Virus record (IMG/VR): IMGVR_UViG_3300025674_000002
Origin: a virus
Length of the DNA: 64,000 bases
Direction: 5' to 3' (one strand)
This document shows, piece by piece, positions 47,938-58,472 of this stretch; positions within the stretch are counted from its first letter, which is position 1, and every line of letters begins with the position of its first letter. A program made the position numbers and the translations under genes. The notes beneath the pieces were generated by a model that made no database searches, was not told the origin of the DNA, and worked only from the letters and a program-made list of their open reading frames with translations.

Positions 47938-49401
47938 GTGGCTAAATACTCCTTTAGGCTGGAACCACTTGATCATCAGCGCGAGTACTATCGTGAGTGC
48001 CGCGACTTCGATGATTGGGCTCTGTTCTGGGCGCCGGGGCTCGGCAAATCCAAAGCTGCCATCGACAACATTTCCTACCTGTTCGTCACGAAGAAGATCG
48101 ACTGCGTGGTCTACATCGCCAAGAAAGGCGAGTACGGCAACTTCATCGAGGACCAGGTTCCCCAGCATCTGTGGGACGGTATCGCGTGGCTCGGCGAAGA
48201 TTTCAAGTCGGTTCGCAATAAGGAGGAGCAATGGCTTCTCGACAACATCCTGAAGGCGAAGAAGGAACCAACCCTCAGAATTCTCTCCGTCAATGTCGAG
48301 AGTATCCCATACCAGGGCGCTGAGGTCATCAAGAAGTTCATGGCATCCGCTGAACACGGAGTCATGTTCATTACCGATGAAGCTACGTGCATCAAGAACC
48401 CGAAGGCCAAGCGGTCCAAGAAGGTTTACGCTCTATCGCAGATGGCGACCTATCGTCGTATCATGACGGGTACGCCGATCACACGTTCTCCTACCGATAT
48501 CTGGGGAGAGTGCCAGGCTCTGAAGCCGGGTCTGCTCGGCCACAACTCCTTCTACAGCTTCAAGGGTGCATACTGCATCGAGGAGAAGCAGTACATCGTT
48601 CGCGCCGGCAAGCGGATTTCGTTCGACGTTATCACCGGCTACAAGAACCTCGACAAGCTCAAGCATCGTATTCGTGGGTTCTCGTCGGTTCGTACCGCAG
48701 AGGAATGTCTCGATCTTCCGCCCAAGGTTTATCGCCGCATCCGGGTGCCGATGACGGCGGAGCAGCAGAAAGCGTATTCCGAGATGGCGGAGTTCGCTAT
48801 GACGCAGTTCGGCGACGGGCAGATCAAGGACGTGACCTCGGTCATGGGTCTGTTTATGTCCCTGCATCAGATCGCGATTGGCCAGCTCAAGATGGGCGAA
48901 GGTCTTCCGCCGAAGCGGCTGGAGTCGAACCGCTTCGACTACATGTTCGAGAAGTACGAAGACCTCGATGATAAGGCAATCATCTGGTGCCACTATCGCG
49001 ACTCGCTCGATCGTCTCGTCGCAGAGGCGGAGCAGAGGTTCGGAGCAGGTTGCGTCGCCCGGTATTACGGCGGCGTCGATGATGAGGAGCGTCAGTGGGG
49101 CCTGAAGGAATTCAAGAACCCGGATAGCCAAGTTCGCTTCTTCATCTCAAACCCACAGTCCGGCGGTTACGGTCTCACCATGACCATAGCTCGGATTACT
49201 GAGTATTTCGCGAACAGCCACAACCTGGAGCATCGCCTTCAGTCGGAGGATCGCAACATGCGTATCGGACAGACGGGTTCTGTTCTGTACAACGACTACT
49301 ACTGTGCTGGAACCGTCGAGGAACGTATCATCGACTGTCTGAGACTTAAGAAGGTTATCGGGCACGAAGTGATGGGAACTCGCATCACCGATTGGATTTG
49401 A
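47938..49401 (+). CDS. SNF2-family helicase
   Basis: APGLGKSKAAI (motif I), DEATCIKN (motif II), SGGYGLT (motif V), QSEDRNMRIGQTG (motif VI); GTG start. Confidence 0.85.
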   Translation: MAKYSFRLEPLDHQREYYRECRDFDDWALFWAPGLGKSKAAIDNISYLFVTKKIDCVVYIAKKGEYGNFIEDQVPQHLWDGIAWLGEDFKSVRNKEEQWLLDNILKAKKEPTLRILSVNVESIPYQGAEVIKKFMASAEHGVMFITDEATCIKNPKAKRSKKVYALSQMATYRRIMTGTPITRSPTDIWGECQALKPGLLGHNSFYSFKGAYCIEEKQYIVRAGKRISFDVITGYKNLDKLKHRIRGFSSVRTAEECLDLPPKVYRRIRVPMTAEQQKAYSEMAEFAMTQFGDGQIKDVTSVMGLFMSLHQIAIGQLKMGEGLPPKRLESNRFDYMFEKYEDLDDKAIIWCHYRDSLDRLVAEAEQRFGAGCVARYYGGVDDEERQWGLKEFKNPDSQVRFFISNPQSGGYGLTMTIARITEYFANSHNLEHRLQSEDRNMRIGQTGSVLYNDYYCAGTVEERIIDCLRLKKVIGHEVMGTRITDWI

Positions 49402-49404
49402 GAA

Positions 49405-50283
49405 ATGGCCGACTTCAAACCGCTGCTTGCATCTGAAGCCAAGATGGATACCATGACGTATCCCAAGAGTGGCTCATTCAAGATAGACGGCATCCGCGCA
49501 CACATCATGTCGGACGACGTGTACTCGCGCAATCTGAAGCTGATCCCCAACGCGTTCATTCGCGGGAAACTTCGCGAGACTGGTTGTAAGAACCTCGACG
49601 GCGAGATCGTGACGTACACCAATGGGAAGATGGACAACTTCAACACTGTCCAATCCCGGGTCATGTCGCGGTCGGGGATGCCGGACTTCCAGCTCCACGT
49701 TTTTGACGACTTCACTCACCCGAACTGGTCGTTCGACGATCGGTATTACATGGCTCAGGAGAAGGTCCATGCGGCCAACTCCAAGTACCTTCATATAGTG
49801 GAGCAACGTCTTCTGTGTACGGAAGAAGAAGTTACCTCGATGGAAGAAGAAGCCATCGCCGGGGGCTGGGAAGGTCTGATGCTTCGTGATCCCGGTGGTC
49901 ACTACAAGTACGGCCGGTCCACGGCTCGCGAAGGAATTCTCCTGAAGGTGAAGCGGTTCACCGATACCGAAGGTACGGTCGTCGACTTCAAGGAGGAAAT
50001 GGAGAACACGAACGAGCAGGAAGAAGATTACCTCGGGCATATGCGCCGGAGCAGCCACAAGGATGGCATGGTTCCCAAGGGACGGCTCGGCGCATTCGAG
50101 GTCGAATGGAATGGCGTGACCTTTGATCTGGGTTCCGGCATGAACTTCGGCCATCGCACCGAGTATTGGAACCGCAGGGAGGAGCTGCGGGGACACCCTG
50201 TAAAGTTCAAGTACTTTGGCGTGGGGCCCAACGGCAAGCCGCGCCATCCGATCTTCCTCGGGCTACGGCCTGAGGGAGCGTAA
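49405..50283 (+). CDS. ATP-dependent DNA ligase
   Basis: motif I FKIDGIRAH (KxDGxR), motif IV WEGLMLRDP, motif V ILLKVKRF. Confidence 0.85.
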   Translation: MADFKPLLASEAKMDTMTYPKSGSFKIDGIRAHIMSDDVYSRNLKLIPNAFIRGKLRETGCKNLDGEIVTYTNGKMDNFNTVQSRVMSRSGMPDFQLHVFDDFTHPNWSFDDRYYMAQEKVHAANSKYLHIVEQRLLCTEEEVTSMEEEAIAGGWEGLMLRDPGGHYKYGRSTAREGILLKVKRFTDTEGTVVDFKEEMENTNEQEEDYLGHMRRSSHKDGMVPKGRLGAFEVEWNGVTFDLGSGMNFGHRTEYWNRREELRGHPVKFKYFGVGPNGKPRHPIFLGLRPEGA

Positions 50284-50309
50284 CCACGGTCAATGGAAAG
50301 GACCAACAC

Positions 50310-50780
50310 ATGAGCGAGTTTGATCCGGATCGCGTTCTCGAGGCAGAGAAGTCCCTGAACATGGAGCGCATTCATCGGCTCCGTGCTTTCAAGGACAGCG
50401 CGCGGAATGAAATCTTCAACACCTACATGGAGTCGAAGGTCGAGACCGAGCGCAACATCAACTACCTGCAGCAGCGGCTGTCGGAACTTCGGCGTGAAGG
50501 CGAGGAAGTCGCCGAGCACATCAAGCGCCTGTCCGACGACAACCGCCAGTACGCGATCGATTGCGACAAGAAGATCAACGAGGTCGTCGGCAAGTACGAC
50601 GCGATGATCGAGTCCTACCAGAACTCCGACGGACTCGCCGGCCTGGAAGACGCCATTCAGGCGGCGACAAATTCCCCGGGCGATGAGGTGAAGGTGAATA
50701 TCACCAAATCCCCGGAGAATAACGATGACAAGCCCAAGGACGGCGCGCCGCCCTTCAGTTTTGAGACGGGCGTGATCTAA
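50310..50780 (+). CDS. hypothetical coiled-coil protein
   Basis: 156-aa ORF; its 3' end converges on and overlaps the o-spanin 3' end by 26 nt. Confidence 0.55.
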   Translation: MSEFDPDRVLEAEKSLNMERIHRLRAFKDSARNEIFNTYMESKVETERNINYLQQRLSELRREGEEVAEHIKRLSDDNRQYAIDCDKKINEVVGKYDAMIESYQNSDGLAGLEDAIQAATNSPGDEVKVNITKSPENNDDKPKDGAPPFSFETGVI

Positions 50781-51075
50781 GACCGTCAGCTACCTTTCGG
50801 TAGTTGTCCGCACAGAGTCGGATCGTGGAGTTGGCTTGATTGACGACTCCACGTTCTCTTTTGAGGACAACCCGGACGTCGTCTCCCGGACGGAGCGGTG
50901 CGTGGGCATATTGCTTTTCGCACTCACGTGGGAGGGGAGGAATCTGGATTGGCGCAGCTGCTGTTCCCTGAGCTTCTCCAGCTTCTCGAAGTCGCCGCCA
51001 GTCATTTCCGCAACCACTCAATATCAGAGTCACTGAGAGGGCAAGCCCTGCCAGCGTCCTTGAGTTCCTTGACAT
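50755..51075 (-). CDS. o-spanin (outer-membrane lipoprotein)
   Basis: lipobox LAGLALSVTLILSGC; start lies inside the 3' end of the i-spanin gene in another frame. Confidence 0.7.
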   Translation of the reverse strand: MSRNSRTLAGLALSVTLILSGCGNDWRRLREAGEAQGTAAAPIQIPPLPRECEKQYAHAPLRPGDDVRVVLKRERGVVNQANSTIRLCADNYRKVADGLRSRPSQN

Positions 51076-51364
51076 AAGCCTCGATCTCCTTTTCCATAAT
51101 CTGCTGCCTTGCCTCCTGTTCTTCGTTCGCAGCTTTCAACGCCCGTTCGAACGTATCCGCTGCGTCACGGGCCGCGGTTGCCTGCCGCTTCATTTCCCGC
51201 AACTCTGCGTCCTTGGCGTGAAGACGTACCTCGGTCACGTAACCGGAGCGTGCTTCACTTGCGACTGAAGGGTCGTCGACCCACGCGTCGTAGGTCATGA
51301 CGATGGCAAGCGTGGCCAAGTGATATGGCCACGCCTTCAGATAGCCGAGGAGAAACCCCAGCAT
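51002..51364 (-). CDS. i-spanin
   Basis: MLGFLLGYLKAWPYHLATLAIVM anchor then coiled coil; ATG overlaps the endolysin stop (TAATG). Confidence 0.65.
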   Translation of the reverse strand: MLGFLLGYLKAWPYHLATLAIVMTYDAWVDDPSVASEARSGYVTEVRLHAKDAELREMKRQATAARDAADTFERALKAANEEQEARQQIMEKEIEAYVKELKDAGRACPLSDSDIEWLRK

Positions 51365-52089
51365 TAGAGACCACACGCCTGGAAGTGCATCCAGTCGAAG
51401 TCCCGCTCCCGGCCCAGGGATACCAGGCCGTACCGCTCGACGATTTCCCAGAAGGGAATGTATTCGGGCCGAGCGAACCGCGCCGTGACGTGAGTCTCGC
51501 GGAGCAGGTTCTTCTGTGGCCAGAGGTCGACTGCGATACCGAACGCATGGGTCGAGGGCTTGGAGCCGCCGCGCATGGGCCGGTTGTTGTAACATCCACC
51601 GAAAATGTCGAGGCCGAGTTCACGGTACCGGGCGGGCCCATAATAGGTAACCGCCTCCTTGAACATTTCGGTGAACGTGTCCTGGACCAGGATGTGGCAG
51701 CTGAACCGGTTCACCGTCTGGGTCATATCCCAGGCGATGCGGAACGGAATGGGAAGACGACACTTCCCGGCCGTCGCTGCCGGACTTCCCGGTACGCCGA
51801 ACACCTTCTGCACGTCGCGATACGGCGGGAACGCGGTCTTGACCTTGATTGGAGCCGTATCCTTGGACCGGTCCGGGATACCTTCGTCGTTGCGTATGAT
51901 CTTTCCACCATACAGAACGCCGCGGGTGTCCTGGTCGATGACTCCGGTAACCGGAATGAAGTTCGCCTTCTGGAACTCCTTCAGGGCTCCCGCAGTGCGA
52001 GGACCCCAGAAGCCATCGTTCGGTCCAGCATCATAGCCGTACTTGTTGAGCTGCTGCTGCAAGCTCCGTACTGCTGGATCAGCTGGCAT
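51364..52089 (-). CDS. endolysin: PG_binding_1 domain + M15 metallopeptidase
   Basis: LQQQLNKYGYDAGPNDGFWGPRTAGALKEFQ; SKPSTHAFGIAVDL (SxHxxGxAxD) and DWMHFQ. Confidence 0.8.
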   Translation of the reverse strand: MPADPAVRSLQQQLNKYGYDAGPNDGFWGPRTAGALKEFQKANFIPVTGVIDQDTRGVLYGGKIIRNDEGIPDRSKDTAPIKVKTAFPPYRDVQKVFGVPGSPAATAGKCRLPIPFRIAWDMTQTVNRFSCHILVQDTFTEMFKEAVTYYGPARYRELGLDIFGGCYNNRPMRGGSKPSTHAFGIAVDLWPQKNLLRETHVTARFARPEYIPFWEIVERYGLVSLGRERDFDWMHFQACGL

Positions 52090-52104
52090 TTCAGCCTCCT
52101 TGTG

Positions 52105-53967
52105 TTATGCGGCGCGACGGCCGCGTTCAATGAGCTTGTTCGCGATATGGTCGTACTCGAGGAAGAGATACGAGCCAGCCGGGGCAGCCCAATTGGCGGC
52201 GCCGTCCAGGAGAAGGTTCCCGGCGCCGTTGTTCAGAGTGCAGCCATCCGCGATATATACCTGGAGCTTGCGCCCCTTGTACATGCCGTTGATCGTGCTG
52301 ACTGCCCCGTTTCCGGTGATGGACAGACGCTCCGCCGAAAGCGGAACATTGATGGTCGCCACACTGTTGGACGACACGTTGTCGTTGACGGCATTGTAGC
52401 CGGTAACGCGGAGAGCCGAACCCGGAACGTTGGAGTTGAGTTCCGTGACGACATCCTTGAACCGACCGCCCAAGAGTGAAAGGTTCGTTCCACTGCGAAC
52501 GTTCAAGCCGAAGCTCACCAACGAAGCGAAGAACTCCTGGGATGACTGCGGAGCGATGATCTGGACCTCGTCCGGGCCAGCCGTAACACCATCACCAATC
52601 TCGATGTGGGCAGAGAAACCACTGCCGTTCTCCGAGATATTGCCATCGATAAACGACGGCGTGTCGATGATGATGTGGCTTCCGCCGTGGATTTGGTAGC
52701 CGATGAACATCGCCTGGATCGTGTGGCAGTTCGAGAACGTGATATACTTCGAAGCCGCACCACGAACGCAGACCGCCGACTGCGCACCATTGAGGAACTG
52801 ATCCCCATTGAACTGGATACTGTGCGCAGTCACGCCGACCAGGTCGATCAGAACCGCGTACTGGGCGTGGCCGTTGATGGCTTCCCAGGTGGAGTTCGAC
52901 GACATGAAGTTGTAGACGTTGCACTGCGTCGACGAAATCTTCAGGACAGCTTCCTGCGACGCCCAGAAATGGGAGTTGGAAACATGGACCTGGTCGATAC
53001 CGTCGGCGATGACGCAGTACTGCGTTCCGGTGCCACCACCGCGACAATCGGAGATATGTACCGTCTCGGTCAAGCCGGTGCCGGGAGCTCCGAGAATGCC
53101 CTGCAGATAGATACAGGCCGAGCCGCCGATCGGCGACGTACCGGTCGGAGAGATGAAGCTCACGTTGTGGATTTGCTTGACCAGCGGTCCCTGGCAGTTG
53201 GACATCTGGATGGCGCGGTAGTAGTTCAGGAAGCAGACGTTCCTGATCGACATTTCCTGGACCGCGACAGCGATGACGTGAGCACCGCCCGTCGGCTGCG
53301 ACGACACCGCCGTCATCGACAGATCATCCATCACGAAACCGTAAGAAGCCTTCGTTCCGGACTGATCGCCTTCGACCACGATGCCATGGCCACCCGTGTC
53401 CTGAGCCAGGATCGACAGGAAGGTGCCCTTGCCCCTGATCTTGATGCCCTGAGTGCGCTCGTACTGAGTATTCTTGTAGGCGTACTGACCATGGAGCAGC
53501 ATCAGGGTGCCGCCGCCCTTCTGGCGCAGATACTCCGTTGCCGCGTCGACTGCAGCGGTCGCGTAACCAGCGTTGGGGCGTCCGCCGAACTGCTCGATAT
53601 AGACCGTATCGCCGGTCAAGCGCCAGTAGGAACCATCGAGCGATTGTTCCCATCCGGGTTCAGCCGGCTGGGTATCCGATCTTTCGTAGACTCCCCACCC
53701 TCCGTCGTTCGGCTCGTAGTAACCGAGGGTCGTGAGCAGACGTTGGCCGTGATGCACGTACAGGTTCTTGATCTGGTCGCCCAGTGCGAAGGCATGGATC
53801 GGAGGACGATCACGAAGGTTGTCGTCGAGACCGTCCCGATATGCCTGGATATCGTCGTTGTAGAGCGTCTCGGCTCCGGTGCCAGTGTCGATCAGCGTGC
53901 CATCTTCATAGGCATGCCAGAGCCCTTCATAGATGGCATAACTGCGGTTGCCAAACATGTTTTCCAT
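52105..53967 (-). CDS. tailspike/tail fibre with right-handed beta-helix (pectate-lyase-like) domain
   Basis: YLRQKGGGTLMLLHGQYAY and many short G/N-rich repeats typical of beta-helix depolymerases; ATG 53967 follows the upstream stop (ORF opens at 54009). Confidence 0.6.
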   Translation of the reverse strand: MENMFGNRSYAIYEGLWHAYEDGTLIDTGTGAETLYNDDIQAYRDGLDDNLRDRPPIHAFALGDQIKNLYVHHGQRLLTTLGYYEPNDGGWGVYERSDTQPAEPGWEQSLDGSYWRLTGDTVYIEQFGGRPNAGYATAAVDAATEYLRQKGGGTLMLLHGQYAYKNTQYERTQGIKIRGKGTFLSILAQDTGGHGIVVEGDQSGTKASYGFVMDDLSMTAVSSQPTGGAHVIAVAVQEMSIRNVCFLNYYRAIQMSNCQGPLVKQIHNVSFISPTGTSPIGGSACIYLQGILGAPGTGLTETVHISDCRGGGTGTQYCVIADGIDQVHVSNSHFWASQEAVLKISSTQCNVYNFMSSNSTWEAINGHAQYAVLIDLVGVTAHSIQFNGDQFLNGAQSAVCVRGAASKYITFSNCHTIQAMFIGYQIHGGSHIIIDTPSFIDGNISENGSGFSAHIEIGDGVTAGPDEVQIIAPQSSQEFFASLVSFGLNVRSGTNLSLLGGRFKDVVTELNSNVPGSALRVTGYNAVNDNVSSNSVATINVPLSAERLSITGNGAVSTINGMYKGRKLQVYIADGCTLNNGAGNLLLDGAANWAAPAGSYLFLEYDHIANKLIERGRRAA

Positions 53968-53968
53968 G

Positions 53969-54232
53969 TTATTCGCCTTCTTCCTGCGGGATCGGAACCC
54001 CGTTCTCATCCAGTGGGATACCGGCCGTGGCGAGAACCTGCTGCGCCTCTTCCTCGGTCAGCTTGGCGAGCTTCCGGCGAGCCTTGTTCGCCGACAGCAG
54101 TTCTTCGAGAGCAGCAGCTTCTGCTTCCTTCTCACGCTGCAAGCTGGCCACCGCCTGCTCGCCCCAGAGAACCTCGACTCCGTTGTCGAGGGCATACAAG
54201 ATGCCCCCACGTTCTACGTACTGATACTGCAT
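53969..54232 (-). CDS. hypothetical small protein between fibre genes (assembly factor candidate)
   Basis: 87-aa ORF with central coiled coil. Confidence 0.45.
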   Translation of the reverse strand: MQYQYVERGGILYALDNGVEVLWGEQAVASLQREKEAEAAALEELLSANKARRKLAKLTEEEAQQVLATAGIPLDENGVPIPQEEGE

Positions 54233-54235
54233 CGG

Positions 54236-55441
54236 TTAGCTCCCGAGCTTGGCAATGCTCAGCGTCGCGGGCTGGGTGCCGTTGCCGATACGACCAACGT
54301 CCGTATTCTGGACGGTAGCACGTAGGGAAACGATATCGCCAGCATTCAGCTGAACAATGCGAGTGGACTGACCGGAAGAGACAGTCAGGCCGGGATGCGG
54401 TTCGCCGGTCAAACCATATCCGAGTTCGGTACCGACACGCATCGGAATGCTGTTGACGACCAGGTCCAAGCTAGCCGACGCCTGGTTGCCCGCTCCGGTG
54501 AAACCTTCCGCAACGACCGTCGCGTAAGGAGCGACGATGTACGTGCCGGCGACCGTGATCTGGAAGGTATTGCCGACGAAATTACCGAACGACGTACCCT
54601 GCTGCGACTGAACCGGAAGCGACACTTCCGTGCCGACGCCAACCGCCAAAGCCTGATCGCCTGCATTCGCCTGCATATGTGCAACGCGAGGAGCGAGCGC
54701 ATTCTTGATGTAAAGCGGGGTGGTCGCATCCTGATCGTTGTTGTTATTGGCGTCGGCCGGAAAGTTGGAGCCGACAGCGAGCTGGACGATACCAGCCTGC
54801 GTATTAGTCGCATTCGGGAACGTATTGGCGTTCACGAGAAGACGACCATCGGTACCGATACCGAGAGCGTTGCCGGCATCTGTCGACCGCAAGCAGTTGG
54901 CGAGGTTGTCGCCATGCGGATCAGAGCACACTGCGGAAACGATGTCGCCCGGACGAAGAACGATACGTCCGTCGGTACCGAGCGTCAGAACCTGGATCGA
55001 GTCACTCGACAGGAGGCAGGGACCGAGCGTCTGAAGTGCGACCAGGTCGTTGCACATCTGGCTGGCGACACCACGCGGTGCCGTCATGAACGGATCAGCT
55101 TCCGTGCCCGTCCCGATGATCGTATCCTGGTCGGCATGGGCGCGATTGCGGTCGAACCAATTCGTAAATGCCGAGCAGAGGTTCGTAACGCTGGCGCAGT
55201 TCCAGGAGCCCTCAGGATCGAGGCAAACCGCGAACGACAGAATTTCCGAAGCGATTGCATTGATCTGGGCGCCGACGATACGAGCGGTACAGTCGTTCGG
55301 CAGCGCGGTCGGGATGCACGTGACGTTGAACGTAGCCGGCGGGCAATACGCATAGGAGACGTTTGCCGGGTTCTGACAAACGCCTGCGCCATCGCGAACG
55401 GTGACGCCGCCAGCCGCGACGTCGGGGAAGATCGAGGCCAT
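54236..55441 (-). CDS. tail fibre-like protein with C-terminal beta-sandwich
   Basis: N-terminus MASIFPDVAAGG parallels MAGIFTDAGVAA of the upstream gene; C-terminal TFQITVAGTYIVAPY..LNAGDIVSL is jelly-roll/C1q-like. Confidence 0.45.
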   Translation of the reverse strand: MASIFPDVAAGGVTVRDGAGVCQNPANVSYAYCPPATFNVTCIPTALPNDCTARIVGAQINAIASEILSFAVCLDPEGSWNCASVTNLCSAFTNWFDRNRAHADQDTIIGTGTEADPFMTAPRGVASQMCNDLVALQTLGPCLLSSDSIQVLTLGTDGRIVLRPGDIVSAVCSDPHGDNLANCLRSTDAGNALGIGTDGRLLVNANTFPNATNTQAGIVQLAVGSNFPADANNNNDQDATTPLYIKNALAPRVAHMQANAGDQALAVGVGTEVSLPVQSQQGTSFGNFVGNTFQITVAGTYIVAPYATVVAEGFTGAGNQASASLDLVVNSIPMRVGTELGYGLTGEPHPGLTVSSGQSTRIVQLNAGDIVSLRATVQNTDVGRIGNGTQPATLSIAKLGS

Positions 55442-55451
55442 TGAGTTCTCC

Positions 55452-56348
55452 TTAGCCGATGGACCGACGAACGGTCATGATGCCGCCGGTGGTGGTTGCG
55501 GAACCGACGAAGCCGACCTGAGCCGGAGGCTTCGCGTTGGAACGCGCGATGACGAACGCATCCAGCGTATGTGGGCCGGCTGCGAACTGGAACGTGAGAC
55601 CCGACAGAGTCGCACGAGCCACGAAGTTGGTGAACGACTGCGTGATGAGCGGAATACCGTTCGAGTAAATCTGCCACACGCCATCGACACGGATTGCGAT
55701 TTCGGCTTCGGCGCCGTTGCCGCTGTTCGTCGGAGGATTGAACCCGACTTGGGTTTCGATCTCGATGTCGAACGTGCCGGCGCAGTCGATGTTGAACGAC
55801 GCAGAGAACAGGTGGTTGGGGCCGAGCTTGCCGTTGTTCACCGCATTGTTCTGGATGTCCGTGACCAGATCATCGCGGTTGTAGTAACTGAGATTGTTCC
55901 CGGGATCGGTCGGACGGAACTCGAACGGATAGTTCGTGCCGGCGACGGAAGCATTGCTGACGCTGGCAACCTGCGCGCTCTGCTCGTTATACGTCGCAAG
56001 GCGCGTACAGCCGGAAGCGTCGGTCGACAGAACGAGCTGGCGAACCGTACAGGCAGCACCCTGGTCCGGGATTGCTCGAGTGAAGCAACCGAACAGAACG
56101 TCTTCGGCGAGGTCGCGGACGGCGGTGCAAAGGTTGTCGAGCCGGGTGCAGTCGTACGGCGTTCCTCCGCAGTTCACGAGGTTCACGATCTCGGACATGA
56201 CCGCATTGGCCTGGGCCGGATCAAACCGCGACTGACAGCGGCTCGTCGAATAGTACAGGGCCGTGCAGTCGCCGACCAGCGAAGGGTTGGCCTGAGCATT
56301 ACGAGCCGAAGCCGCAGCTACGCCCGCATCGGTAAAGATACCAGCCAT
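55452..56348 (-). CDS. tail fibre-like protein
   Basis: downstream of the baseplate wedge genes; N-terminus shared with 54236-55441. Confidence 0.45.
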   Translation of the reverse strand: MAGIFTDAGVAAASARNAQANPSLVGDCTALYYSTSRCQSRFDPAQANAVMSEIVNLVNCGGTPYDCTRLDNLCTAVRDLAEDVLFGCFTRAIPDQGAACTVRQLVLSTDASGCTRLATYNEQSAQVASVSNASVAGTNYPFEFRPTDPGNNLSYYNRDDLVTDIQNNAVNNGKLGPNHLFSASFNIDCAGTFDIEIETQVGFNPPTNSGNGAEAEIAIRVDGVWQIYSNGIPLITQSFTNFVARATLSGLTFQFAAGPHTLDAFVIARSNAKPPAQVGFVGSATTTGGIMTVRRSIG

Positions 56349-56357
56349 GTTTATCTC

Positions 56358-57251
56358 CTAACAGTAATCCACAACGAGGATGTTGGGGCACGATTTATGA
56401 AGCAGCGAGCGTACGATGCATTCCGCTGCTGCCAGATTTGGGAAAATCTGAGCCGGTAGTCCGGCCGGTACGTTGCACCCCGTGTTGAACGCAGCTGAGA
56501 TGCGGGTTGGCTCCGAGCTGTCGCACTGCATCGTTCTTGGCGGGCACGCCTCGATCATACCGTCGATGTTCGACAGACGGATCGTGGGTGGGCAGCAAGT
56601 CACCGGAACTTCGTAATCCATAGGACACGGTTCCTGGTGAATGCCGTCCAGTTTCACGCCCAATGGTTCCAGGACGAAGTTGAACCCGTCCTGGTTCTTG
56701 ATAAAGCCTCGGTTGATGCGGGCAAGGGTGCGAACGATGCCGCGCTTAACTGCACAGTCGAGGTCTTCTGGCAGGTCGAAATCACAGTAAATCGGTAGAC
56801 AACCGTCGGTTCCTGGAATTTCGAACTGCGACAGAGCGTTATACATCGGTTTGCGGCACAGCGTCTTATAGCAGTCTTCCCATGCGAGACGTTCCAACCA
56901 GCTATCCAGCGTGGTCACGGCCGTCTCAGGCGAAGACTCGCGGAGCGCGGGCCACAGAACATTGTGGATCAGGCTGTGGAAAGTCTGACCCAGATACATT
57001 GCGTAGTGAACCAGGCTGCGACAGTCCGATACATCAGGAAGGCAGGCCGCCTCACAGGGGTCCATACCGTTGTTGGACTCCAGCTTCTCCATAGCCGTTT
57101 GCTTGTGGTAATCCCACAGCGGACCATTCGGAAGCAGACCGATGTATGCGCACATAATGCCGCATAGATCGAGGCAGATCGTCGGGCAGCACGAGTCTGC
57201 CGACCATCTGGTCGTATCTTCTACGCCGTCAATGCCGAGTCGAAGAACCAT
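56358..57251 (-). CDS. baseplate protein, Mu gp48 / P2 gpI-like (DUF2313), very Cys-rich
   Basis: YIGLLPNGPLWD matches the LLP.G.aW signature; follows the baseplate J gene; about 22 Cys by my count. Confidence 0.55.
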   Translation of the reverse strand: MVLRLGIDGVEDTTRWSADSCCPTICLDLCGIMCAYIGLLPNGPLWDYHKQTAMEKLESNNGMDPCEAACLPDVSDCRSLVHYAMYLGQTFHSLIHNVLWPALRESSPETAVTTLDSWLERLAWEDCYKTLCRKPMYNALSQFEIPGTDGCLPIYCDFDLPEDLDCAVKRGIVRTLARINRGFIKNQDGFNFVLEPLGVKLDGIHQEPCPMDYEVPVTCCPPTIRLSNIDGMIEACPPRTMQCDSSEPTRISAAFNTGCNVPAGLPAQIFPNLAAAECIVRSLLHKSCPNILVVDYC

Positions 57252-58472
57252 TTAGGCACACCCCAATCCGCCTTCGAGCTTCGTGAACGTCACCTCATTG
57301 AGGCACGGCAGGTAGTCGCATTCCGGATAATAATCACCGCAGTCATTGATGTATCCGGCTTCGCGGTTCGGAGTTACCTGCTCCATACGAGCCGACGTGT
57401 TGACGGCGCCGCCCATGACATTGGCGACAATGAGTTCGATCTGCTGCATCCGGATCGGCTGCGACGGAGCGATGGTCTTCATGAAAGCGATGATGTCGTT
57501 CTCGATCTGGTTCTGCTGACCAGCAGTCGGACAGTCCTCGATATCGACGCGAATGTTGACCATGTCAGCGATAGGCTGAACGATCCGACCGCATACTCCG
57601 ATTTCCACGAGACCCTCGCCGTATCCAGCGTGTTCGCCAAACACCCACTGGTTCAGCTGAGCGACAACCGACTCCGGCGGAATACCGCAAGGGAAGGAAT
57701 TGTCGAACATCACGTAGAATTCCATATTGTCGCCGCACGAAACGCATTTGCATTCAGGATCGAGGCAGTCGTCACCACAGCCACAGCATGACCCAGCACG
57801 GTCGAGGACTCGCGTGGCGCATGGCCATTCGAGGATTTTGTTCTTGAGCCAGGTCGCGGTAGCACGCGGCTGATACGTCTTCCGATCCAGATAGCGACGA
57901 CGGAAAGCCTCGCAATCTTCAGCCGGTTCGCCGCCGCAGAGCATACCGCCGCAGACCTCGACCGTACGGTCCACGCCAGCGATAGCGCTAGCCAACGTGC
58001 CGGTTGTAACTACGCCATCGCTGTTGCCTTCAACGCCGCCCTCCACAGCGCGGACGTTGATGATAATCTCACCAGCCTGGGGCATGGTCGTGGGAACCAC
58101 GCCAATCGACCGATAGTTCCGCGTTCCAAGAATGACCTCGATAGTGGAAGGAAGAACCGAGCCGGCGGTACCGAGCAGTTTGACGTAACCCTCAGCGCGT
58201 TTGGATGTGCGAGGGTAGATGCCTTCTGCTGCCGCCAACTTGTACAGGTTGTCGCAGCAAGCGTAGCGCGGATCACGCTCTTTCCACTGCTGCTCGGTGA
58301 TGGCATAGAATTCTTCTACCATCGCGGCGTTCAAAGCCACGACGTACCATTCGTTGGACTCCGGAATGATCGGAGAACCGTTGAGCACCGTCGTCGAGAA
58401 CATGTCCCGCTGGCGGTTGAAGATATTCTGGAGGCTGGGACGTTCCAAGCTACAAGTCATTTCCACACCCAA
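57252..58472 (-). CDS. baseplate J / Mu gp47-like protein
   Basis: 406 aa in the gp46-gp47-gp48 order; carries a CCGCGDDCLDPECKCVSCGDN insert. Confidence 0.6.
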   Translation of the reverse strand: MGVEMTCSLERPSLQNIFNRQRDMFSTTVLNGSPIIPESNEWYVVALNAAMVEEFYAITEQQWKERDPRYACCDNLYKLAAAEGIYPRTSKRAEGYVKLLGTAGSVLPSTIEVILGTRNYRSIGVVPTTMPQAGEIIINVRAVEGGVEGNSDGVVTTGTLASAIAGVDRTVEVCGGMLCGGEPAEDCEAFRRRYLDRKTYQPRATATWLKNKILEWPCATRVLDRAGSCCGCGDDCLDPECKCVSCGDNMEFYVMFDNSFPCGIPPESVVAQLNQWVFGEHAGYGEGLVEIGVCGRIVQPIADMVNIRVDIEDCPTAGQQNQIENDIIAFMKTIAPSQPIRMQQIELIVANVMGGAVNTSARMEQVTPNREAGYINDCGDYYPECDYLPCLNEVTFTKLEGGLGCA